64,000 nucleotides of DNA from Dehalococcoidia bacterium UBA7891 (lineage in GTDB: Bacteria; Chloroflexota; Dehalococcoidia; Lucifugimonadales; UBA826). Below are positions 19,467 through 27,612 of this stretch, in pieces (the first letter of the stretch is position 1; the number at the start of each line of letters is the position of its first letter). The stretch covers positions 982 through 64,981 of the forward strand of contig DLRJ01000072.1 in the NCBI GenBank assembly GCA_002500485.1, written 5' to 3'. The notes under the pieces were generated by a model that saw only the letters and a list, made by a program, of their open reading frames with translations, was not told the DNA's origin and made no database searches. The position numbers and the translations under genes were made by a program.

Positions 19467-20531
19467 GTGTTTTCTATTTACAAAATTTCACAAACATGGG
19501 GTGAAATCGTGTCCTCATCACCAATAGCAAAAACCTATTCCTTCAGTACATTGCAGCAAGCGAGTGAATACTTTCTTAAGCAGGGCTGGACCGATGGTCT
19601 TCCAATTAATTTACCCACAGAACAAGAAGTTTCCAAATTTATAGACCTTTCAGGTAAATCTTATAAAGACGTTGTAGGAGTTGAGCCTGTCAAAGGCAGG
19701 GAAATTACAATGGAGAAAGTCGCCATAAACTCAGTGATGGCTGGTTGCAAACCAGAATATTTTCCCATAGTGCTAACAGCTGTGGAGGCGCTGCTGGAAT
19801 CAAAATTTAATCTCCATGGGATTACCGCTAGTACTATGGGAGCAGGCATTTTGACGCTTGTGACTGGACCCATCGCGAAAGAAATAGGGTTAAATGGTGG
19901 AATAAGTCTCTTCGGCCCAGGGCATCAAGCAAACGCGACCATTGGCCGGGCGCTTCGATTAGTGGTAATTAATTGCACCGGATCCAGATCTGGAGAAATT
20001 GATAAAGCCACTCTGGGGCATGCTGGTAAATATACCTGGTGCATAACTGAAAATGAAGACTTTCGACCATGGCCCAACACAGCAGAAGACAGGGGTTTTT
20101 CGAAAGATGCCAACACCGTTTCAGTGTTCGCAGGCCTATCTCCGATCCAAGTAAGTAATCATTCGAGCCAAGATCCCGAAAATATACTTAGAAGTTTTAG
20201 AGATGCCCTTTTTGCTGCAGGCCCTAACCAAGGAGAGATAGTAATAATATTTTGTCCTGAACATATGCAATCTTTTAAAAAAGCTGGATGGACCAAGAAC
20301 CAGATTAGAGATTTTCTTTATGAGATGGCCGCAAGGACAAACGACGAGTGGGGATTCGGATCTATACCCCCTGGCCCCAGACCAACGGGCTCTGAGATAA
20401 CACCCTCTGCATTAACACCAGAGAGCTTCACATTACTAGTGGGAGGAGGTGCGGCAGGAGCGTTTTCATGCGTTATACCACTTTGGGCAGGCGGGGTAGG
20501 ATCCCAATCTGTCACAAAAGAATTAATTTAA
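19467..20531 (+). CDS. uncharacterised conserved-looking protein immediately upstream of the UGSC selenoprotein gene
   Basis: A 354-aa ORF with well-ordered segments (GWTDGLPINLPTEQEV, AINSVMAGCKPEYFPIV, GHQANATIGRALRLVVINCTG). The start is uncertain: GTG 19467 or GTG 19509. Confidence 0.6.
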   Translation: MFSIYKISQTWGEIVSSSPIAKTYSFSTLQQASEYFLKQGWTDGLPINLPTEQEVSKFIDLSGKSYKDVVGVEPVKGREITMEKVAINSVMAGCKPEYFPIVLTAVEALLESKFNLHGITASTMGAGILTLVTGPIAKEIGLNGGISLFGPGHQANATIGRALRLVVINCTGSRSGEIDKATLGHAGKYTWCITENEDFRPWPNTAEDRGFSKDANTVSVFAGLSPIQVSNHSSQDPENILRSFRDALFAAGPNQGEIVIIFCPEHMQSFKKAGWTKNQIRDFLYEMAARTNDEWGFGSIPPGPRPTGSEITPSALTPESFTLLVGGGAAGAFSCVIPLWAGGVGSQSVTKELI

Positions 20532-20595
20532 AGTCATATAGCCAAGTGTAAATCAGAAGATACTGTATGATGGGGAAAAGAAAAAGGGGGAACTT

Positions 20596-21129
20596 ATGGT
20601 TGAAGGAATTAGAGTTTTGGATCCAACAATAGATGCCAATTCACAGAATTCCCTACTGGCGATACGCCCTGAATCGCTCAATGGATTGACGGTAGGGCTG
20701 CTTGCCAACGGCAAAAAGAACTCTGTAGAAATACTCCGATACGTGTATGAGATTCTCAAAGATGATCATGGGCTAGGGGCTGTTATTGAAGATAACAAAG
20801 GTAACGCTTCAAGACCATGCCCTCCGAATTTGCTAGAAAAGCTAGCCAAACAATGTGATGTGATTATCACAGCCTCGGGTGATTGAGGGTCATGTTCTTC
20901 GTGCAGTGTGCACGACGGAATTCAATTTGAGAAAAAAGGAGTCCCTGCTGCAGTGATCTGCACGGAACCATTTGTGACTAGTGCCGTAGCTATGTCAAAA
21001 ATGGGAGGCATCCCAGAATTTCCTTTCGCTGTTGTACCTCATCCACTGGGTAGCTTAGACGAAACTTTGTTAAGAGAAAGGGCGCGAGAAGTAGCAAAGG
21101 ATATCGTAAAAATCCTCCTAGAAGGATAA
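20596..21129 (+). CDS. UGSC-motif selenoprotein (TGA at 20884-20886 read as selenocysteine; 177 aa)
   Basis: ORFs 20596..20886 and 20908..21129 are in one frame with no stop in between other than the TGA. The junction reads ITASGD-U-GSCSSCSVHDG. A SECIS-like hairpin follows the TGA. AAGGGGG lies 5 nt before ATG 20596, and the second ORF has no SD of its own. selC is nearby. Confidence 0.8.
20895..20920 (+). promoter_or_regulatory. candidate bacterial SECIS hairpin
   Basis: CGUGCA (20900-20905) pairs with UGCACG (20909-20914) around a GUG apical loop. The stem is extended by UUCUU/A(C)GGAA. The apical loop starts 20 nt after the UGA. Confidence 0.65.
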
Positions 21130-21143
21130 GAATCAGAAGATAG

Positions 21144-21953
21144 TCAAACCATATAATTCATATTTTTGACGATTGAAATACCAAGGTGTCGATCCCCCTG
21201 GATCAACACCTTGTGATCAGACAGAATTTTATCGGGGTCCCACCTCCCGCAACAAAGGCACATAAACACCTCACAGTCCATTTCCAACTCAATTGTTGGC
21301 TCTGAAAGTTCCTTTACAAGTCGGGCCCTCCCTTCATCAACTCTTATATTCACAACAAAAAAAGACTCTCCGTATATCTTGAACCTTACAGAACTCCTTT
21401 CCGGAGCCCCTGCTTTCTTCCCAACCACAAAGGGCATCACACTAGTCATTCTTTCATACGAATGTTGAGCAGCAAGACCTAACAAATTACCCTGCTTTCC
21501 AATTGCCCTACGAATATCTTGTTCGTGTACCCAGCAATCAAATACTCTGACAGACACTTGATCAGCAACATTTCCCTTGCCTATAGGTGAGTCGGCCTCA
21601 GCAGCAAAATCTAGTTGCCCGTTAAGCATCTTCAATCTTTCTGAATTAACCTCTGAGAATTCCTCGAGCACCTCTGCAGGAGTCATCGCGCGTCGGGAAA
21701 CCACATCTATTTCATTTTTCGCACCTTGCTCATTCCTGATATGACACATCTCATCCAAAGGCATATCTGGCACCTCTCTACCGAGAATACGATGCTCTAT
21801 GCCAACCAAATGAGCTATGCAATCCTTCACCGTCCAAGTGGGGCAATCAGTATCAACTTCCCACTCATCCAAACTCAAAGATGTACATAATTTTTCCAAA
21901 GATTGCCACTGGGATTTTTGTAATTCGATCAACCTTTCTCTTTCATTGGGCAT
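21144..21953 (-). CDS. DinB-like / mycothiol-dependent maleylpyruvate-isomerase-family protein
   Basis: The N-terminus W..L..L...L..DEW...T.CP.WTVKD...HLVG is typical of the MDMPI_N / TIGR03083-type four-helix bundle. Confidence 0.65.
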   Translation of the reverse strand: MPNERERLIELQKSQWQSLEKLCTSLSLDEWEVDTDCPTWTVKDCIAHLVGIEHRILGREVPDMPLDEMCHIRNEQGAKNEIDVVSRRAMTPAEVLEEFSEVNSERLKMLNGQLDFAAEADSPIGKGNVADQVSVRVFDCWVHEQDIRRAIGKQGNLLGLAAQHSYERMTSVMPFVVGKKAGAPERSSVRFKIYGESFFVVNIRVDEGRARLVKELSEPTIELEMDCEVFMCLCCGRWDPDKILSDHKVLIQGDRHLGISIVKNMNYMV

Positions 21954-21965
21954 GTGTGATTTAAA

Positions 21966-22442
21966 TTAATCCTGATTTGTTCCCATTCTCACGATTAAGT
22001 CAAATTCTTGGTTTTTAACAGGTTGGACGGATAATCTGGAGTTCTTTACCAACACCATATCGGAAAGAGCTGGAATCTTTTTTATCTCCTGGAGTGGTAT
22101 AGGGGTATCAAACGATAAATCAGCTTTTATATCAACCATAAACCATATCGGATTATCCGGGCTGCTTTTGGGGTCTGGGTGTTTTGAATCCGGATCCCAA
22201 GCCGTGAAATCCGCGTATCCATCCTTGACTACTACTGCGGTTCCAACAACAGCAGAAGGTTTTGAATTTGAGTGGTAAAACAATACCCCGTCGCCAATTT
22301 TTATCTCATCCCGCAGGAGATTTCTAGCTTGGTAATTCCTAACCCCATCCCATTCGGCTGTGGCCTTGTCTTCCGATTTAAGTTCTTCAAAGGAATAATC
22401 AGACGGTTCTGACTTCATCAGCCAGTATTTCTTTTCTCTCAT
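21966..22442 (-). CDS. EVE (PUA-like) domain protein
   Basis: KYWLMKSEPSDYSFEEL..WDGVRNYQARNLLRDEIKIGDGVLFYHSN. GGAGG lies 5-6 nt before ATG 22442, which is preferred over ATG 22493. Confidence 0.8.
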   Translation of the reverse strand: MREKKYWLMKSEPSDYSFEELKSEDKATAEWDGVRNYQARNLLRDEIKIGDGVLFYHSNSKPSAVVGTAVVVKDGYADFTAWDPDSKHPDPKSSPDNPIWFMVDIKADLSFDTPIPLQEIKKIPALSDMVLVKNSRLSVQPVKNQEFDLIVRMGTNQD

Positions 22443-22486
22443 TTTTTCCTCCGCTGGAACATCGGGATGAATTATACGTACATCCC

Positions 22487-23317
22487 CTACCATTTCTTGT
22501 CATTCCTTTCCAGAAGTTCTAATACACTGGAGGCTTCAACTGCTGAACGTCCCACAGGCTCCTTTTTCAAAAATCTTTTGAGATCATCTATAGATTGTCT
22601 TTGATGTCCCACCCTAAACCCTATCATCCCTCTATCCCTAATCTCAAAAACGTTGTCCGGCTCAAGACCAACTATTAAATCCATGACCTTGTAGGCTTGT
22701 TTACTCTTACCTTCACTTAAGTAAATGTATTTCAAATTTCGCAACAGTCTTACAACTATGTATTTGTCATCTACTGGCGACAAATAACGGTCATTCCAAG
22801 TGAAAGGGGCCGAGACATGATCATTAAAGTTTTTCTCACATTCATCTTTACTTAACACGGTCCCGTTATCGAATACGTCTATGTAAAATATTTCGGTTTC
22901 ATCACTAGCACGAACAAGGAAGTGTCCTGGCATCCCGATGCCTGCAACATCGATCCCCAATCTAGAGGCAATCTCCATGTAAACTATAGCGAGGGTAATT
23001 GGTATCCCTTGACGCCTGTTTAAAACTTCATTTATGAAACTATTTTTGTGATCGTAATAATTCTTAACATTCCCTGAGAAACGTAGTTCTGAAAAAAAAT
23101 AATCACTGATTTCATTTAATTTTTGCAAAAGGCTAGAGTTTGACTGAATTCTCCGAGACAACACTGATTCCAATTGGGTGAATGAGGCCAATTCCTCATC
23201 AATGTTGATTTCTGGGTATTCCAAGGTGGAGACTAATAGCCCTAAAGTAGCCAGGCTCACCGAAGTATTATTTAACTCTGTTTGTATTGTGCGAAGTAAT
23301 TTCAATCCTGCACCCAT
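22487..23317 (-). CDS. SirB1-like transglutaminase-fold plus TPR-like protein
   Basis: The segment NSFINEVLNRRQGIPITLAIVYMEIASRLGIDVAGIGMPGHFLVR matches my recollection of the SirB1/UPF0162 family. Confidence 0.6.
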   Translation of the reverse strand: MGAGLKLLRTIQTELNNTSVSLATLGLLVSTLEYPEINIDEELASFTQLESVLSRRIQSNSSLLQKLNEISDYFFSELRFSGNVKNYYDHKNSFINEVLNRRQGIPITLAIVYMEIASRLGIDVAGIGMPGHFLVRASDETEIFYIDVFDNGTVLSKDECEKNFNDHVSAPFTWNDRYLSPVDDKYIVVRLLRNLKYIYLSEGKSKQAYKVMDLIVGLEPDNVFEIRDRGMIGFRVGHQRQSIDDLKRFLKKEPVGRSAVEASSVLELLERNDKKW

Positions 23318-23346
23318 AGGTTATCTGAGACTATACATCAGCCATA

Positions 23347-23444
23347 TGGCGGGAGCGCGAGGGAGTCGAACCCACCGCACCAATCGAAGGATTACTGCCA
23401 ACGGAGTTGAAGTCCGCAGAGACCACCAGGCCCCATCCGCTCCC
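23347..23444 (-). tRNA. selC: tRNA-Sec (anticodon UCA), CCA encoded
   Basis: 98 nt. The anticodon loop is CUUCAAC. The D-stem has 6 bp (GGGGCC/GGUCUC) with the 4-nt loop UGGU. There is a long variable arm (CAGUAAUC-CUUC-GAUUGGUG) and the T-loop UUCGACU. The acceptor is GGGAGCG/CGCUCCC. Confidence 0.85.
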
Positions 23445-23487
23445 AGATTAAGTTGTCCTCTATTACTGAATAGGTAATTTAATAAAA

Positions 23488-23817
23488 TTACCCCGAAAGG
23501 GCCTCATCAATCTTCTTTTGAATTATGGATTTCGGAACAGCGCCCACTATTTGGTCAACTGGCTTCCCGTCACTAAATATCAAAAGAGCTGGTATTCCTC
23601 TGATGTTGTAGTCCATAGAAGTTTGCCCATTACTATCAACGTCTAATTTGCCTACTTTGATTTTGCCTTCATACTCATCAGCGATCTGCTGAACTACAGG
23701 AGCTATCATCTTGCATGGCTGACACCAGTCAGCCCAAAAATCAATAAGCACAGGTATATCAGAGTTTAGTACTTCTTCTTGAAAATTACTGTCCGTTATT
23801 TCAACAGTGTTGGCCAT
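23488..23817 (-). CDS. trxA: thioredoxin
   Basis: 109 aa with VLIDFWADWCQPCKMIAP and IRGIPALLIF. The active site reads WCQPC rather than WCGPC. Confidence 0.9.
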   Translation of the reverse strand: MANTVEITDSNFQEEVLNSDIPVLIDFWADWCQPCKMIAPVVQQIADEYEGKIKVGKLDVDSNGQTSMDYNIRGIPALLIFSDGKPVDQIVGAVPKSIIQKKIDEALSG

Positions 23818-23885
23818 AACATATTCTCCTTGCTACCTAAAGTTGTTCTTTAATTTACTATATCTGGCTTGTCTGTAATTTGACA

Positions 23886-24446
23886 TTAATCGTTATCTTT
23901 CCAGTAGTCGATGAAATCTACAGGTATATATTCAACTTCATCCCAAAATATTGTACCTAAAAGCAGTCCTTTTGGCACATCAAAAACCAAACTACCAGAT
24001 ACCTGAAAGCCTCTTGCTAGCTCTATTTCCCCCCACAAAACCGGTGTTATTTCTAAAACATCAGGATCTAGGCTCAAGGTCCCTGAAATCTCCTTGGAAC
24101 GTGTAAAAGGATCTATTGCATTAGATTTCTTTCCTCTCCGGTCACCGAGTGTCGCAGCATCTGGGTCTACAGATATCGGTATAACCGTACTACTTCTATT
24201 GACTATAGTCGTGTTGACAACGGCCAATTTCCTATTCGATGCACTAGGTGTGATAATCCTTGTGATTCCATCTTCGGTATAAAACGCCTTGGAAACAACT
24301 TGAGGTCGTGAGGCGTGTACTTCCAAGTTCCTACCAGTTGCTCCCAAATCTAATTTCTCCGAGTTACAAGAGACAAAAAAAGTAATTGAAATTAAACAGG
24401 CCGATAAAACAGCTAAAATCGATCGAAAATTAGTAAAAATAATCAT
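23886..24446 (-). CDS. secreted lipoprotein, DUF4352-like Ig-fold
   Basis: Signal peptide ending in lipobox FVSC. The beta-rich body ends in SGSLVFDVPKG. Confidence 0.45.
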   Translation of the reverse strand: MIIFTNFRSILAVLSACLISITFFVSCNSEKLDLGATGRNLEVHASRPQVVSKAFYTEDGITRIITPSASNRKLAVVNTTIVNRSSTVIPISVDPDAATLGDRRGKKSNAIDPFTRSKEISGTLSLDPDVLEITPVLWGEIELARGFQVSGSLVFDVPKGLLLGTIFWDEVEYIPVDFIDYWKDND

Positions 24447-24505
24447 GGTTTCTCTAAATGTTTTAATTCTTAAAATACAGGCTCAACAATCTATCACATC
24501 GTAAA

Positions 24506-25702
24506 TCAAGGATGGGCAGTTAAGGAAGGCAAATCACGTAGCCTTTTTATGAGATTCGGAAGCACCTCCATGAGATAATCTACATCTCCGTCAGAGTTAT
24601 CCCGACCCAAAGTTATTCTAAGGGTACCCTGAGCTAACTCCGCAGAATGACCTATCGCTAGCAAAACATGCGATGGCTCCAATGAAGCTGATGAGCATGC
24701 ACTTCCACTAGAAGCACAAATTCCGGCAAAATCTAAACCTAGAAGAATAGGCTCTCCCTCGACTCCGCGGAAAGATACACTAACATTATTCGGAAGCCGG
24801 TCTGTTAAATGGCCGTTTATAGTCATTCCTTCTATTTCATCTCTTAGTCCTCTGATTATCCTGTCACGCTTGGCAGATAAGCTGACCTGTAGTTCTTCCC
24901 TATCCTTTACAGCTAGCTCTAAAGCCTTTGCTAACCCCACTATTCCGGGAACGTTCTCAGTGCCAGATCGGTTTTGGCGTTCCTGACCACCTCCCATTAT
25001 CAAAGGTTCAAATGGGGTACCTCTCCTCAAATAAAGAAGCCCTACCCCTCGTGGGCCATGAAATTTATGGGCAGAAATACTTAGCATATCTACCCCTAAA
25101 TCTTTTACATTTATCTCGAGTGAACCAGCCGCCTGCACTGCATCACTGTGAACCAATATAGTTTTTCCTTTTTCCTGGCCTAATAATTTGACAGCTTCTG
25201 CAATCTTTTTTATAGGCTGAATAGTCCCGATTTCATTGTTTGCCATCATCACACTGACAAGAATAGTGTCCTCTCTTATAGAGCCTAAAACCTCATCTAC
25301 AGAAACCCTCCCATAGGAATCAACAGGCAAATAAGTCACATCAAACCCAAACTGTTCCATCTGTTGACAAGTATGCAAAACAGCATGATGCTCAATTTCC
25401 GTCGTTATAATATGGGTTCCCAAATTACGCATTGCCGAGGCAGCGCCCTTAATTGCAGCATTATCAGACTCGGTCCCTCCACTAGTAAATACTATTTCAC
25501 TAATCCTAGCGCCAAGTATCCGTGCCACTGATTCTCGAGATTCATCAACCGCTTTCCTCGCTTCCTGAGCTAGGGTATATATGCTGGAAGGGTTCCCATA
25601 GCTGAATTGCAAATATGGCAACATCGTCTCCAACACCTCGGGCCTCATGCGCGTAGTCGCGGCGTGATCAAAATAGATGATTCCGTTTTCTGACTGTGGC
25701 AT
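24506..25702 (-). CDS. cysteine desulfurase (NifS/IscS class V aminotransferase)
   Basis: [21 protein letters not shown] (PLP lysine) and SSGSACSS (active-site Cys loop). ATG 25702 has GGGAGGA upstream. The longer 25951 start has no homology support. Confidence 0.88.
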   Translation of the reverse strand: MPQSENGIIYFDHAATTRMRPEVLETMLPYLQFSYGNPSSIYTLAQEARKAVDESRESVARILGARISEIVFTSGGTESDNAAIKGAASAMRNLGTHIITTEIEHHAVLHTCQQMEQFGFDVTYLPVDSYGRVSVDEVLGSIREDTILVSVMMANNEIGTIQPIKKIAEAVKLLGQEKGKTILVHSDAVQAAGSLEINVKDLGVDMLSISAHKFHGPRGVGLLYLRRGTPFEPLIMGGGQERQNRSGTENVPGIVGLAKALELAVKDREELQVSLSAKRDRIIRGLRDEIEGMTINGHLTDRLPNNVSVSFRGVEGEPILLGLDFAGICASSGSACSSASLEPSHVLLAIGHSAELAQGTLRITLGRDNSDGDVDYLMEVLPNLIKRLRDLPSLTAHP

Positions 25703-25931
25703 GACGATCAATCCTCCCTCGCAATCACAACCAAATGTCCCTCTATAGATCTTAGCATGTCCATTTGTTACAGATAGGTCTGATAGAAAGGTGAAAATAT
25801 CATTGTAATTGTGAAGGAGTTTAAAATATGCTTGTACACTGGAACCGGTTAGATTAACATTCCTCAGTTCTCTTTTTACCGTCGACCAATACCGGATAAA
25901 ATGTGAAACGCAGGAATTAAGGATTACATAA

Positions 25932-26900
25932 TTGATCGATGCGATAGACATAACTAAATATTACGGTGACTTCCCTGCTGTAACAGGTTTGAATTTTTCA
26001 GTTGAACAGGGAGAGATCCTTGGTTTTCTTGGACCTAACGGGGCCGGTAAATCAACAACAATGAAAATATTAACCGGATTTATCCCTCCTTCTTCCGGTA
26101 CTGCCAAAATTGCCGGATATGACATTGTTGAACAATCCCTACTTGCTAGAAGACACATCGGATATTTACCAGAGACAGTGCCACTATACGAGGACATGGA
26201 GATCAGTGATTACCTGTCCTTCATGGGTCAAATCAGGGGAATGTCTTCCTCTCAATTAAAAAAACGGATAGATGAGGTGGTCGAACTGTGCCGGCTTGAA
26301 GAGTACAGAAATACTATTATTGGCAAACTCTCTAAAGGATATAGACAAAGAGTCGGAATATCACAAGCAATACTGCATGAACCTGACGTTTTAGTATTGG
26401 ACGAACCTACTATAGGAATTGATCCCATCCAAGTAGTAGAGACTAGGCAATTAATAAAAAACCTAGGCGAAGAACATACCTTGATATTAAGTTCGCACAT
26501 TCTTCCGGAAGTGAGCATGATCTGTGACAGGGTCATCATCATTCATGAAGGGCAGATCGTGGCTGTTGACGATCCTAGCAACTTAGGTACTAATTTATCA
26601 GGAATAGAACGGGTAGAAATTGAGGTAAAAGGGCCTAATAGGGAAATAGTTCCTGTGCTCGAAGAGATAGACGGAGTCCAATCAATAGAAAGAATCCCAG
26701 TAACAGGTGGCGCCTACCACAGATATCATATTACGGTAGATATAGGACGAGATCTTAGACACGACTTAGCCAAAATGGTTGTAGCTAGTGGTTGGGAACT
26801 TTTGAAATTACAGTCACTTGGTATGTCTTTAGAAGAAATATTCCTGAGACTTACAATAGAGGAAGAGGAATTACCGAGTCCTCCAGGGGAAGCTTCTTGA
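25932..26900 (+). CDS. ABC transporter ATP-binding protein (ABC-2/GldA-like)
   Basis: Walker [10 protein letters not shown], signature LSKGYRQR and Walker B VLVLDEPT. Confidence 0.88.
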   Translation: MIDAIDITKYYGDFPAVTGLNFSVEQGEILGFLGPNGAGKSTTMKILTGFIPPSSGTAKIAGYDIVEQSLLARRHIGYLPETVPLYEDMEISDYLSFMGQIRGMSSSQLKKRIDEVVELCRLEEYRNTIIGKLSKGYRQRVGISQAILHEPDVLVLDEPTIGIDPIQVVETRQLIKNLGEEHTLILSSHILPEVSMICDRVIIIHEGQIVAVDDPSNLGTNLSGIERVEIEVKGPNREIVPVLEEIDGVQSIERIPVTGGAYHRYHITVDIGRDLRHDLAKMVVASGWELLKLQSLGMSLEEIFLRLTIEEEELPSPPGEAS

Positions 26901-27610
26901 CAAATTTAATCGCTATTACCCGAAAGGAGGCTAAAGCCTATTTTTCAACTCCCTCTGCCTACATAGTGGGAGCGATGTTCTTGGTTTTGACCGGTGTGTT
27001 TTTCGTATTTGATGTAAGCACGCCATTTGCCGAAGCTGGAGTGAGAGGGCTTTCTGATTGGGCAAGTTTCTTCATCGTGTTCCTTGCACCTCTTATCACA
27101 ATGAAACTATTGGCTGAGGAACAAAAGTTAGGTACCTTGGAGTTGTTACTAACCTCCCCAGTTCGGGAATGGGAAGTAGTTTTAGGAAAATATCTCGCTA
27201 GCCTTTTGATGCTTTTAGCAATCCAATCAGTAACCTTGTACTACGTTTTTATGATCTACTTTTTTGGAAATCCAGATACAGGCCCAGTCATCAGTGCCTA
27301 TCTTGGACTGGTACTACACGGGGCGGCGGCTCTGGCAATAGGTATGCTAGGTTCATCCCTTTCAGGTAACCAAATAGTATCAGCTGTAGTTGCAACAGCT
27401 ATATTACTGATATTTTCCTTCATAAACAGGGTTTCATCATTAGTGGATGGCGCCGTCGCAGAATTCATTAATGCACTTTCCATGAATGCTCGGTTATCGG
27501 ATTTCAGCAGAGGGGTCATTGACCTAAGCCATGTGGTCTACTTCTTGAGTATTGTGGCAATATTTTTATTCTTATCAATACGTTCGCTTGAAACAAGAAG
27601 GTGGAGATAG
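26897..27610 (+). CDS. ABC-2 type permease (GldF-like)
   Basis: A polytopic hydrophobic ORF. TTG 26897 overlaps the ATPase stop codon (TTGA). The 26792 extension overlaps the ATPase gene and is not hydrophobic. Confidence 0.75.
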   Translation: MTNLIAITRKEAKAYFSTPSAYIVGAMFLVLTGVFFVFDVSTPFAEAGVRGLSDWASFFIVFLAPLITMKLLAEEQKLGTLELLLTSPVREWEVVLGKYLASLLMLLAIQSVTLYYVFMIYFFGNPDTGPVISAYLGLVLHGAAALAIGMLGSSLSGNQIVSAVVATAILLIFSFINRVSSLVDGAVAEFINALSMNARLSDFSRGVIDLSHVVYFLSIVAIFLFLSIRSLETRRWR

Positions 27611-27612
27611 GG

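Noticed and set aside
23178-23477. 99-aa plus-strand ORF
   Set aside because: It overlaps the 5' end of the SirB1-like gene and runs straight through the tRNA-Sec gene on the opposite strand. The tRNA explains the sequence.
25703-25951. 83-residue N-terminal extension of the cysteine desulfurase ORF
   Set aside because: The extension has no homology-like sequence and overlaps the divergent ABC ATPase start. ATG 25702 has a strong GGGAGGA SD and gives the canonical [10 protein letters not shown]-terminus.
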